Notes: generated by a model not told the origin, from the sequence alone. A stretch of 64,000 nucleotides of DNA from an uncultured Methanosarcinales archaeon (GCA_964416905.1 CAYQFL010000002.1:12450-76449); one strand, 5' to 3'. Numbered from the stretch's first letter, positions 38,046 to 47,507 are shown. Numbers and translations: made by a program.

Positions 38046-39754
38046 CTAATATGCTTCGCCATATAGTAAGACTGTTTTTTATAACCGTGTTTTCTGTAGT
38101 AAGCTCTTACACCTATGCCTGAGATTACTAAGATTTTTCTCATACCTCTTGCTTTTGCAATCTGCTCGGCTTTTTTTAACAACCTCGAACCCGTGCCTGA
38201 ATGTTGAATGTTGCCTCTTAATCCTATTTTTTCGGAAGGCCCATAAACATGTAACTCTCTAATCAAAGCAGTTTTATCATCGATTTCTTTTATTAACGAT
38301 TGAGATGGAAACCTTAATCTACAGAAGCCAAAGATGAATCTTCTTTGTTCATCTTCTTCACTTATGAAAAACTCTTTACCTTTGGATGCATTGTACTCCT
38401 TAACAAAGATCTTTCTGTTTATTCCTTTTAAGTCTAGATTCTGCTGTTTTAAATTAAGTCCAATTTCTCTAAACCTGATCTCTTTGATAGGTTTATTCTT
38501 TAGTTCCTCATACAAAACCTGTCTTAAGTTAGTTAGATTAACTCCAGATTCAATAGTATGCGAAGGAATATCTCTCTGAATTCTCATAACCCTCACATAT
38601 TCTGGAATTATTGGATAAACCTCTTTTAGAAGTTTGAGAGCATATTCATTATTCGCCTCTTTAAATTTGCCGTTCTTCCACCACTGGTAAAGTTTTGTGC
38701 CTTTAACAACCAAACAAGGATATATCTTTAACATGTCTGGCCTAAAATCCTCGTTCTCAAATAACTCTTTAAAGATATTATAATCTCTTTTATAATTGCT
38801 GTTAGGCAACCCTATCATGATATGGTAATTTATTTTAAATCCCAGATCCTTTAGTATTCTTGTTGCAGCTATGCTATCTTCAACAGTATGACCTCTCTCA
38901 ACTTTCTCAAGAACATCGTTATAAATTGTTTGAACACCAAGTTCTACTCTTGTTGCTCCTAGACTTAACATTCTTTTTGCATGTTCTAACCTTGCATAAT
39001 CCGGCCTTGTTTCAATTGTTAAGCCAACACATTTAACTTTGCTTTTCTTATCATTATATTCTTGCTCTAATTCTAAGTTTGCAAAACCTTTAAGTTTTGA
39101 TAACCTCCTCTTTATTGTTTTCACTCTTTCTTCATCGTTCACTGAACCCGGTAATAAGAAAAATTCTCTAAATCTGTTTAGCTTAAATGAGTTCCCTTTA
39201 ATAAAAAGCCTGGAAAAATCGTTCATTGCTTTGAACGCATAAGCCACAAAATTCCTTTGATAATTAAAGTTCAGCGAAGGGAATGTTCCACCCATAATAA
39301 TTAGTTCAATCTTGTTAAAATTGTGTCCCATGACAACATACTGCTCTAATCTGTTCATCACCTGAAGATAAGAATCATAATCATTTCTTTTAGCTCTCAT
39401 GCTTGCAGGTTCTCTTCCAGTATAAGATTGCGGAACATCACCAAAAGCACTGTTGACACCACCAGGACAAAAAACACATCTTCCGTGAGGACAGGGGCTC
39501 GGTTTAGTCATTATTGCGCAAACAGAAACTCCAGACAAAGTCCTTGTTGGTTTTGTCAGAAGAATTTGGCTTAAAACATCAAACTCTTTTTTGTTAGCAT
39601 ATGATAGAATTTCAATATCTGTTGGAAACTTTTCTAATCCATACTTTCTTGCCAGCCTTAATTTGATACTATTGATCTTATCTTTATCTTTTGGCTTTTC
39701 TTTAAGGAGTATTTTAATAAATTCTCTAAATACCTTCTTCTTAGCCGCAACCAT
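38042..39754 (-). CDS. elp3: Elp3-type tRNA uridine-34 acetyltransferase (radical SAM + GNAT)
   Basis: CPHGRCVFCPGG (Cx4Cx2C) radical-SAM cluster. Elp3 core. C-terminal GNAT GTGSRLLKKAEQIAKARGMRKI. Confidence 0.85.
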   Translation of the reverse strand: MVAAKKKVFREFIKILLKEKPKDKDKINSIKLRLARKYGLEKFPTDIEILSYANKKEFDVLSQILLTKPTRTLSGVSVCAIMTKPSPCPHGRCVFCPGGVNSAFGDVPQSYTGREPASMRAKRNDYDSYLQVMNRLEQYVVMGHNFNKIELIIMGGTFPSLNFNYQRNFVAYAFKAMNDFSRLFIKGNSFKLNRFREFFLLPGSVNDEERVKTIKRRLSKLKGFANLELEQEYNDKKSKVKCVGLTIETRPDYARLEHAKRMLSLGATRVELGVQTIYNDVLEKVERGHTVEDSIAATRILKDLGFKINYHIMIGLPNSNYKRDYNIFKELFENEDFRPDMLKIYPCLVVKGTKLYQWWKNGKFKEANNEYALKLLKEVYPIIPEYVRVMRIQRDIPSHTIESGVNLTNLRQVLYEELKNKPIKEIRFREIGLNLKQQNLDLKGINRKIFVKEYNASKGKEFFISEEDEQRRFIFGFCRLRFPSQSLIKEIDDKTALIRELHVYGPSEKIGLRGNIQHSGTGSRLLKKAEQIAKARGMRKILVISGIGVRAYYRKHGYKKQSYYMAKHIS

Positions 39755-39813
39755 TATTTTTTAGAAAACCATCGGAGTTTAAAAAAACTATTAAAAAAGA
39801 ATTAAAAGAAAGT

Positions 39814-40272
39814 TTAGTCTTTAGCTGCGTTTTTTATTTGTTCAGCTATTTTTTCTAACTCTTTGAAATCCGCTTGTGGACCCATCTTAGATGTCAAAAA
39901 TCCAGGATACTTATCAAACCAGACTCTTTCCTCATTAATGATCTCGTCAAATTCTTTATCAACGCCGTGCATTGGATACAATTTTATATGCGCATGATTC
40001 ACACCGGTGCCTTCAAAAATTAAGCCTACCCTGTTTACTCCAAGGGCTTTTTTAAGCAATTCTGAAACGTGTTTTGCAGCCAAGAACATCTTGCTATAAG
40101 TTTCATCATCCATTTTTAGTAGATCTGAATCATAATGTTCTTTTGTTAAAATTAGAGTTTGCCCTTTACAATTTGGATTAATATCCAGTATTGCCATAAA
40201 CAAATCGTCTTCCCAAATCTTAAAACTTGGAATCTCACCTTTAGTAATCTTACAGAAGATACAATCAACCAT
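39814..40272 (-). CDS. HIT-family (HINT-like) nucleotide hydrolase/transferase with variant HxHxK triad
   Basis: N-terminal CIFCKITKGEIPS. Triad region reads GVNHAHIKLYP. Confidence 0.6.
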   Translation of the reverse strand: MVDCIFCKITKGEIPSFKIWEDDLFMAILDINPNCKGQTLILTKEHYDSDLLKMDDETYSKMFLAAKHVSELLKKALGVNRVGLIFEGTGVNHAHIKLYPMHGVDKEFDEIINEERVWFDKYPGFLTSKMGPQADFKELEKIAEQIKNAAKD

Positions 40273-40322
40273 TTAGAACACCTCCTTAACTATATTAAAA
40301 AAAATAAAAACACAAAAATAGT

Positions 40323-40859
40323 TTATTCGTGTAATCTAGCAGATAAGACTGTTATCGATGATATTGATAATGCTATACCCACCAACTTTGCAAAAAAACC
40401 TATGATCGGATAAAATGCTATCAAAGCCATCACCATATTTATTGCGCTATAAGTTATTGTTCGGTTGTTTTCAACAAAAGAGATTATAAAGTTAACAAAA
40501 GTCAAAGGTAACACACAATAGTAACCCAAGATATCATAATTATAACCAAATAGGCCAAAGAAGAATCCTGCAGCAACTATGAACTCTAGTAAGAACTGAA
40601 GCAGATTCATATAATTTAATCTTAATGGCTTTGGTCTTGGCAAAGGTTTCTCAACCTTAACAACTTTTTTAACGCTTTTTTTAGTCTTGCTTTTCTGTGC
40701 AGCTTTAGGTTTCTTTGCAACACTCTTTGTTCTGGCTTGGTTCTTTTTAGCTACTGGCTTTTTAGTCTTGGTTGCCTTTTGCACAGGTTTCTTTTTCTTT
40801 ACATTATTCTTTTTAGAAGTATTAGCTTTGGTTTTTTTGTTTGATTTTTTCGCTGGCAT
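40323..40859 (-). CDS. membrane protein with about 75-aa Lys/Ala/Pro-rich N-terminal tail (hypothetical)
   Basis: MPAKKSNKKTKANTSKK...KPKAAQKSKTKK, then about 4 TM helices. Confidence 0.5.
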   Translation of the reverse strand: MPAKKSNKKTKANTSKKNNVKKKKPVQKATKTKKPVAKKNQARTKSVAKKPKAAQKSKTKKSVKKVVKVEKPLPRPKPLRLNYMNLLQFLLEFIVAAGFFFGLFGYNYDILGYYCVLPLTFVNFIISFVENNRTITYSAINMVMALIAFYPIIGFFAKLVGIALSISSITVLSARLHE

Positions 40860-40919
40860 TTTAGCATTTTTACGCTTTACAATTATATAAATATTTTCTT
40901 TTCAACAAAGTGAAAGTCT

Positions 40920-41426
40920 TTATTTTTTAGAATGTTTGTTTAACTTTTGTTTTAATCTTAAAGGGAAAACTTCCATAAACACTATTATGAAAACACCAAT
41001 GGTAATCATAACATCAGCAAGGTTAAAATATGGAATGGAAAATAAGCTTATGAAGTCAAGCACTTTTCCATAAATCATTCTATCAATTAAATTTCCGATG
41101 GCGCCTGAAAGTATTAACAAAGTTGGGATTCTATATCTTTTGCCGTTTAATATTCTATTTAAATTAGCAAGAATAAGTATAATAACAATTACAGGAACTA
41201 TTATCAAAACTATTTGGTTATTAGCTAAAATTCCGAAAGCCGCACCATAATTCTCAATTGTTTTAATCGAAAAAACTGTAAAGCTTGCTATCTTAAATTC
41301 CATGAAAGGCTTTATTCTGAAAAAAATAATCTTTAGTAGTCTATCTGCTAGGATTAATAGAGATACCAACAAAAAGAAGAAATAGAACTCTTTTGTTTTT
41401 TTTGCTTTGCTAATACCTTCTCGCAT
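40920..41426 (-). CDS. lspA: lipoprotein signal peptidase II-like (LspA family)
   Basis: 168 aa, 4 TM. Motifs ENYGAAFGIL and LSGAIGNLIDRMIYGKVLDF match LspA conserved boxes. Confidence 0.6.
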   Translation of the reverse strand: MREGISKAKKTKEFYFFFLLVSLLILADRLLKIIFFRIKPFMEFKIASFTVFSIKTIENYGAAFGILANNQIVLIIVPVIVIILILANLNRILNGKRYRIPTLLILSGAIGNLIDRMIYGKVLDFISLFSIPYFNLADVMITIGVFIIVFMEVFPLRLKQKLNKHSKK

Positions 41427-41808
41427 TTTGATTCTCTAAAACATAAAGTCGTTGGTTTATGTTTTCAAGCAACACCTTCAATGTTTCAATCTTTGAACTG
41501 ATTACTTCGAGTTCTTTTTGGATTTGCATTAATTCGGGATTCTGAAATTTTTGTTGATTTAAGTTTCTCTGATTGAACTCGTTGAATGATTTGATGCTTT
41601 CAAAATTAGGATTGCTTTGCATAGCATTTTCATTAAACGTATTCTGTTGCAAACCGTTGTTCTCTTCTAATCCTAAGTTCATGTTGTCTAAGGAGCTGTT
41701 GTTTATAGAACTCTCTGTTAAATTATCTTTTTTGTCATGTTCTTGAAAGTCAAACTTCTCCAAGCTTTCTTTTTTTCTAGAATGAAATATTTTACCTAAG
41801 AAACTCAT
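41410..41808 (-). CDS. N/Q-rich protein with C-terminal coiled coil (hypothetical)
   Basis: Low complexity, then ELEVISSKIETLKVLLENINQRLYVLENQ. Confidence 0.4.
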   Translation of the reverse strand: MSFLGKIFHSRKKESLEKFDFQEHDKKDNLTESSINNSSLDNMNLGLEENNGLQQNTFNENAMQSNPNFESIKSFNEFNQRNLNQQKFQNPELMQIQKELEVISSKIETLKVLLENINQRLYVLENQNARRY

Positions 41809-42380
41809 ATTCTCACCAACTTTAGTATCTTTAAGCGGAATGAACTTGTGTTTTTAAGTGTTGGGCTATAGCTATTTATTTTGGCTTTTGGATACACTTT
41901 AATATCTCGCTTAAAATAAAGATATGTTAGTTTAATAAAACTTGTTTGATTAATAAAATCCATTATGGCTGAATAAATTTTTTCAGAATCCTCTTCTGAA
42001 ACAAACTCTTTTAATTTTTCATATACTGTTTCGTTTTTCTTAAAAACTTCTTGGTCAATAACCAAAACTGTTGAGTTAAAGTTAAGCTCTTTAGGATCGA
42101 ATTCTTCATCTAAAACTTCATTCAAAAAGGAAATTTTATTACTGGAGGATTGAAGAATGGTTAATGGTGTAGTTTTATTCATTAGCACTAACACTACATT
42201 TTCTGTGCCAAGCTCCCCAATCTGGTTTTGAATTAAAAATAGGCTTACGACAGAGAAGATAACCATTGCACCTATGATAATTAGAGTTAACTTGACAACA
42301 AGCTTTATGACTTTATTTACAAGGTAAAGAAACAAAACTATTATCGCGATTACAATAATTAGTTGGCTAATCGGACTCAT
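41805..42380 (-). CDS. membrane protein (hypothetical). ORF-track start 42497 is probably over-extended.
   Basis: Internal Met (MSPISQLIIVIAII...) lies 6 nt after the upstream stop. TM helices. Confidence 0.45.
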   Translation of the reverse strand: MSPISQLIIVIAIIVLFLYLVNKVIKLVVKLTLIIIGAMVIFSVVSLFLIQNQIGELGTENVVLVLMNKTTPLTILQSSSNKISFLNEVLDEEFDPKELNFNSTVLVIDQEVFKKNETVYEKLKEFVSEEDSEKIYSAIMDFINQTSFIKLTYLYFKRDIKVYPKAKINSYSPTLKNTSSFRLKILKLVRI

Positions 42381-42385
42381 TTTTA

Positions 42386-43150
42386 TCACATTTTGTGGGG
42401 TAAGACTGAAGGTATCCTGCTTTGGAACACCCTGAAAAATATGTATACTCCCAATATCAAGAAGAAAAGAAGGATTATGGCACTGAAACTCTGCCATTTT
42501 TTAAGATTGAATGCATAACTCAAAGCCCAGGTTTCTAATCCAATAATAAAAATTATGGCAAAGATCGACCACAACAACATAGCTTGATATGTTGGAAAAT
42601 AAAATGCCGGTACAAATAATAAAGAGGAATAGGCATTTATTATAATAATTTCTCGTGTTTTATCCTCTCCAGAAAAGAGAAAGAAAAACGCTTGCTGAAT
42701 CCTGGCCACAATCTCATTTAGGACGAATAGGATGAACGGTAAAACGACAACAGATAATGCAGCATAAGGCGAAACACCAATTTTTGATTCGCTCCAAAAA
42801 ATCAGAGAAATTCCAAAACCGAGAGAAAACAAAACATAAACCACAAACAATCGTTTTGTGCTGGTTTTAATATAAGCTTCTTTTAACGCTTTCTGATTAA
42901 ACAAAATTAGCTTGAAAAAAAGAATGATCGTCTCCACAAGAATCAAGACAGGGTTTTTCCCGTGAGTTTTATCAATATCCTGCTGTGAATCCACAGCAAT
43001 TTTTTTCTCAAATTCTTTTATACCTTCTTCAATATCATCTTGTAAACCGAAAGTGATATTCTTTTCGGTTTCTTTCTCTAGCTCGACTTTTTTGATAAAA
43101 TCTTCTTTTTTCTTTAAGAAATCCTCATATTCGTCAAAGTTATCAACCAT
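42386..43150 (-). CDS. polytopic membrane protein (hypothetical)
   Basis: Acidic N-terminus, then about 6 TM helices. Confidence 0.45.
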   Translation of the reverse strand: MVDNFDEYEDFLKKKEDFIKKVELEKETEKNITFGLQDDIEEGIKEFEKKIAVDSQQDIDKTHGKNPVLILVETIILFFKLILFNQKALKEAYIKTSTKRLFVVYVLFSLGFGISLIFWSESKIGVSPYAALSVVVLPFILFVLNEIVARIQQAFFFLFSGEDKTREIIIINAYSSLLFVPAFYFPTYQAMLLWSIFAIIFIIGLETWALSYAFNLKKWQSFSAIILLFFLILGVYIFFRVFQSRIPSVLPHKM

Positions 43151-43228
43151 ACGCGTTTCTTTATCTTTAACATTTAAATCTTTTTTCGTTTATTTTTAAG
43201 TGAAACTTTTTAGCTACTAAGGTTAATC

Positions 43229-44461
43229 TTAACCTAAAAACCGGTTTAATCGACTTTGTGTCTTTATTTCTTTCAACAATTTGCTACTTTTTAGAATTCC
43301 ATCCAGATTTGTTCTGAAGTATTTCATTGCATATTTCTTTGTGAAACTTAATGCAAGGTCTAATGATGAAAAATGTATTGGTTTGTTTATCAATATCTTT
43401 CTTACAGTTTCTCTTACAACCCATACCCCTAAAGGCGCCCAGTAGTCTTTTGTGATGAATCTTATTAAAAGCACACTTGCCTGTTTCTTTTTCTCAGTTA
43501 AGTATTGCAACAAGGAATATCTGGCGGCATAGTATCCTCCAGCAGTTTCCTTCGCATATTCTTTCCTTCCAAAAGTGCTTTCATAATTTGTTGTGTATCT
43601 TAAAGGATATCTTTCTTTAGAGAAGTTTGATTCTAAAACTGGAATTTCGAAAAGTTCATACTTAAAGCTGCCTGGAATGAATATTGCTATAAAGTAATTT
43701 CCATAATCTCCTCCGACTAAGACCTCAGGCTCAGAAATTTCTTTCAGTTTTAAAATTTGTGAAATCATATTCTTGCCTGCGAGATCATCAACAGCAGTTA
43801 TCGACCATCGCGTGGGAACGAATTTCGAATTCAATTTCCTGCCAAGAATACCTGTTGAAAAAACTTTAGTAATGTAATAAACATCAAACCTTTTACTTAA
43901 TTTATTCACTGCTTCCTGAGCACTAACTTCATCGTTGCTTAGCTTATCAACGCTGCTTGGCACTCTAGGATTGCTAACAACTTTAACATTTTCTAATTGT
44001 GCGTTAGGACCAAATGGTGTTATTGTCTGATTGAAGTTTAAGTTGAATCTTGGCGTTTTGCTTAATTTTAATTCAGTATCCACAGGTTTTTTTGATAAAG
44101 ATACTTCTTTGAAAGATTCTATGACTTTATTTCTTTTTCTTGCAGAACTTGCGCTAGTTTTAATATAAGAATTTACAAGCTCGACTCTTTTTTTAATCAC
44201 TTTATCTATACTAACAGAATTATCGCTCCAATACCTTGGTTCGTCATGTTTGTTATACTTGTCAACAGACAAAACACCAACATTGATGTTTGGATAATTG
44301 TATCTACTCACAAAGACATTTGGGGCTTCTCCAAAGAATTCCTTTTTAGAAGTTGAAAACTTTTGCTGGAATCCTTTTTTATAGTAGATCTTTGCTTGAA
44401 TTGGACAATATTTTCTGCCACAATATAACCGGCCTTTGCAGAACACGCAGTCTATATTCAT
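43229..44461 (-). CDS. Nre-like (DUF650/DUF651-type) zinc-finger protein with C-terminal PCNA-interacting (PIP) box
   Basis: N-terminal CVFCKG..CGRKYCP. Last residues TQSRLNRFLG fit QxxLxxFL. About 410 aa. Confidence 0.45.
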   Translation of the reverse strand: MNIDCVFCKGRLYCGRKYCPIQAKIYYKKGFQQKFSTSKKEFFGEAPNVFVSRYNYPNINVGVLSVDKYNKHDEPRYWSDNSVSIDKVIKKRVELVNSYIKTSASSARKRNKVIESFKEVSLSKKPVDTELKLSKTPRFNLNFNQTITPFGPNAQLENVKVVSNPRVPSSVDKLSNDEVSAQEAVNKLSKRFDVYYITKVFSTGILGRKLNSKFVPTRWSITAVDDLAGKNMISQILKLKEISEPEVLVGGDYGNYFIAIFIPGSFKYELFEIPVLESNFSKERYPLRYTTNYESTFGRKEYAKETAGGYYAARYSLLQYLTEKKKQASVLLIRFITKDYWAPLGVWVVRETVRKILINKPIHFSSLDLALSFTKKYAMKYFRTNLDGILKSSKLLKEIKTQSRLNRFLG

Positions 44462-45279
44462 GTTTTTATTTTGTAAGCGTTTTTCCTTTTTATTCTTTCC
44501 CTATAAAAGAGTCCAATGAGCTGAAGGAACATTCTGATAGAATGTTTGACAATTTTAATCTGATTTTTCACATAATTGAATTCAACAGGTACCTCTTTCA
44601 CAGGGATTCTTGCTTTTTTTAGATAGTATAAAAACTCTGTGTCCCACAAAAAACCTTTTTCTTTAGGCAAAGGAATGCGTTCAAAAACTTTCTTGTTGAA
44701 AATCTTGATTCCTGCCTGCACATCCGTGTTTTTTAATCCGAAGAACAATTTTACTAATGTTAGATATCCTTTGCTAACAATTTTCCTTTGCAAAGGTGCT
44801 TTACTTGTGTTTCTTAAATTTCTAGAGCCTATAACCACACTATACTTATTCAGGAACGGAAACGCCCTTTCAAGAAATTCTATGGGGTAGGCCATATCAT
44901 CATCTAAAAACATTATCCACTCAAATTTTGAATGAACTATTCCTTTAGTTATACCAACACCTTTACCTTTCTCTTTTGAGAGGACGTAATTAACCTTAGG
45001 GATTTCTTCTTCTAGTTCTTTAACAACCCTGAATGTGTTATCATAACTTTCTTGAGCAGAAAGGATTATTTCAAAATCCTTGATGAATTGTTTCTCGTTA
45101 ACATAACTGTAAATTGTTGAAATCGTTTTTCTAATGAACTTTTCAGAATTAATTGTTGGGACAACTATCGATAATGAGATTTGTTTGTTTTTATCCAGCG
45201 ATTTTTGTAGCTCTTTAGTTTTTTCGTTTTTTAGTATTTTAGAAGAACTCAAACTCATTTGAAAGCAACCTGTTAGCAA
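44458..45279 (-). CDS. glycosyltransferase family 2 (Dpm1-like)
   Basis: SIVVPTINSEK...DDD motif. GT-A fold. Confidence 0.7.
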   Translation of the reverse strand: MLTGCFQMSLSSSKILKNEKTKELQKSLDKNKQISLSIVVPTINSEKFIRKTISTIYSYVNEKQFIKDFEIILSAQESYDNTFRVVKELEEEIPKVNYVLSKEKGKGVGITKGIVHSKFEWIMFLDDDMAYPIEFLERAFPFLNKYSVVIGSRNLRNTSKAPLQRKIVSKGYLTLVKLFFGLKNTDVQAGIKIFNKKVFERIPLPKEKGFLWDTEFLYYLKKARIPVKEVPVEFNYVKNQIKIVKHSIRMFLQLIGLFYRERIKRKNAYKIKT

Positions 45280-45991
45280 TCTTCATATAATCTGAGGTGG
45301 CTCTAGCATTTTTGTCTAAATCAAAAATGCTTTTTCCCTTTTTAGCCATGTCTTTAACAATAGCATTAACTCTGATAGGGTTTAAGATTACGCCATTAAA
45401 ACCTTTTTTTATCTCTTCTAAACTCTCTTTAGATATCTTACTTCTTTGGTCGTACATTGTTGGGATTATTGCACTGATAACTACAGCATGATTGAATAAT
45501 GAATTTATTTCATCTATTAACTTAACTACTTTTCTTAGACCAACCAATCCAAGATAATCTGTAGAGACGGGCACAAACGCTTCATTAACATAAAGCAGAG
45601 CATTGTAGTTTAGAAGAGTATTTGAGGGAGGACAATCAATCAAAACAAAATCATAATTAAATATCGGCTCAAATTTCCTTTTCAATATTGTCTCTCTTCC
45701 AGGCAAGCCAGCCATTATTAATTCAGCTTTGTCTAAATTCTTTGAAGGTATCACGTCAAGGTTTTCATTGTAGTTAACAATACACTCAGAGATGTGAGTC
45801 TCTTCATCAACAAGAAGGTCATACATTGTTTTGCTATTGCTTACGCACAACGTTAAGGTAAGATTTGCCTGAGGGTCTAAATCAACCAAAAGAACTCGCT
45901 TCCCTTTCTTTGCGAACGCAAAAGCAAGGTTCACAGTAGTAGTCGTCTTTCCAACACCACCTTTCAGATTGACTACTGCAACTTTCCTCAT
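45239..45991 (-). CDS. parA: ParA/MinD/Soj-family P-loop ATPase
   Basis: Deviant Walker A NLKGGVGKTTT. VDLDPQANLT. Confidence 0.8.
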   Translation of the reverse strand: MRKVAVVNLKGGVGKTTTTVNLAFAFAKKGKRVLLVDLDPQANLTLTLCVSNSKTMYDLLVDEETHISECIVNYNENLDVIPSKNLDKAELIMAGLPGRETILKRKFEPIFNYDFVLIDCPPSNTLLNYNALLYVNEAFVPVSTDYLGLVGLRKVVKLIDEINSLFNHAVVISAIIPTMYDQRSKISKESLEEIKKGFNGVILNPIRVNAIVKDMAKKGKSIFDLDKNARATSDYMKIANRLLSNEFEFF

Positions 45992-46073
45992 TGTAGAGTG
46001 AGTAAGAATTACAGCCTATATAAAAGTTTTTCTTAAAAAATAAAGAAAAATAAAGAGAAATTTTCAGGGCAAC

Positions 46074-46304
46074 TTAAAGAAGTTTTATGTTCTCTGCACC
46101 CTTTGGTACAGCAACGTACTTAATTCTCTTCTTAGCAGATTCTTTTCTGCTTGGTAAATATGATATCTTTACAACTTTCTTTCCTTTTCTTGTTGTTGGT
46201 TTCGCACTCTCAAGCACTACTTTAATTGCTCTATCTGGAACCAAAACTTGCTTTGCCCTTCTTTTGCCATTTAAGGTATATTTTAAGATTTTTTTCTTTG
46301 CCAT
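46074..46304 (-). CDS. small (76 aa) Lys-rich basic protein, putative nucleic-acid binding
   Basis: Directly upstream of and co-oriented with parA. Perfect 8-bp palindrome ATAGCTAT at 46333-46340 in its promoter region. Confidence 0.45.
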   Translation of the reverse strand: MAKKKILKYTLNGKRRAKQVLVPDRAIKVVLESAKPTTRKGKKVVKISYLPSRKESAKKRIKYVAVPKGAENIKLL

Positions 46305-46437
46305 ATTTTACCACCGCAAAATATCTTTTTCTATAGCTATTTTTGGAAAGCTATTATTTAAAGTTTTCGCTTTTTTTTGTTGCTTCTTGAATGTGGTTTT
46401 TTAAAACGCTCGACAGAACTAGACGCTTTTTTATTCT

Positions 46438-46722
46438 TCAATCCAAACCCATAGTTTCTTTAAATGTCTTTACTTTGATCAAGTTATCTAAGAAATCACG
46501 CCCTTTATCAGTAATAATTAAGTACTTTCTATCGTTCTTTTTTATAAAATCGACATAATCTTTTTTTACTAAATCTTCCAAGTAATTTTTCATCAGTTTA
46601 TAGGATAGATTCGCCTTAGTCATTAGCTGGGTTTGCTTGATTCGGCCACTTCTATTTAAGATGGTTAGCAAGATGTCATAAAGGATTTCTTCTTGCGTTC
46701 TTTTACTTCTTCTGTTCATCAT
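46438..46722 (-). CDS. winged-helix DNA-binding protein (putative transcriptional regulator)
   Basis: 94 aa. Looks like a winged helix-turn-helix. Stop overlaps the downstream gene start. Confidence 0.45.
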   Translation of the reverse strand: MMNRRSKRTQEEILYDILLTILNRSGRIKQTQLMTKANLSYKLMKNYLEDLVKKDYVDFIKKNDRKYLIITDKGRDFLDNLIKVKTFKETMGLD

Positions 46723-47423
46723 TTTTCTTTTTTAATCTTTAATTCTCTTACACTAAAATGGACTAACACGTATGAAAAAAGCAACAGCACGAATCCAAAA
46801 AGTTCTAAGATTCCGGCACTAACATACAACCCTGGATGAAATGTTAAAAAGAGCATTTGACTCATCATTAAACTGAGGAATGCTGTCAAAACAAGTTTTT
46901 GGTTTAGTCTTTTTCGCTCTGTTTTTTTAAGATAAAAATAACTTATCTCTGCAAGTAAAATAGCGCTAGTTAAATGGAAAACGTAAGGGACTATTGATGA
47001 AACATAAGTCACTATCGTTATAAAATAAACCATTAAAGCCATGTGCTTCTTTTCTTCACTTTGTGTGATTAAGAAATATACTCCGACTAATCCGAGCAGG
47101 AATAGAACTCTACTTGTAAAATCGATGATGGGAACTAAATTAATTATAGCTAAACTTGTGTACTTCACCTCTAGAGAACCAATTAAAAGTTGCCTCTCAA
47201 ATGGAAAATAGAGATTAATATTCCTAAAAGCTTTTATGAAATAAGATGCGGCAATTAACAGAAACGAAACGAATAACCATTTAGTTTTTTGATCATTTGT
47301 CATTTTGGTAGCTTTGTATGCGAACAATGCAATTAGTAAGAACACAAGCACTCCAAAATACTCAAAGACACAATCAAATCCTCTAAACCACGGTGGAGAT
47401 ATTATAAGTGTAGGTATTGCCAT
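46719..47423 (-). CDS. polytopic membrane protein (hypothetical)
   Basis: About 7 TM helices. Confidence 0.45.
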   Translation of the reverse strand: MAIPTLIISPPWFRGFDCVFEYFGVLVFLLIALFAYKATKMTNDQKTKWLFVSFLLIAASYFIKAFRNINLYFPFERQLLIGSLEVKYTSLAIINLVPIIDFTSRVLFLLGLVGVYFLITQSEEKKHMALMVYFITIVTYVSSIVPYVFHLTSAILLAEISYFYLKKTERKRLNQKLVLTAFLSLMMSQMLFLTFHPGLYVSAGILELFGFVLLLFSYVLVHFSVRELKIKKEK

Positions 47424-47507
47424 TTTTTACAACCCTTTTTAAAGAAAAAGCTTTTTAGATTATAAAAAGCTTATGAAACTTTTCAAGAAACATTCTTGGG
47501 ATTTTTA

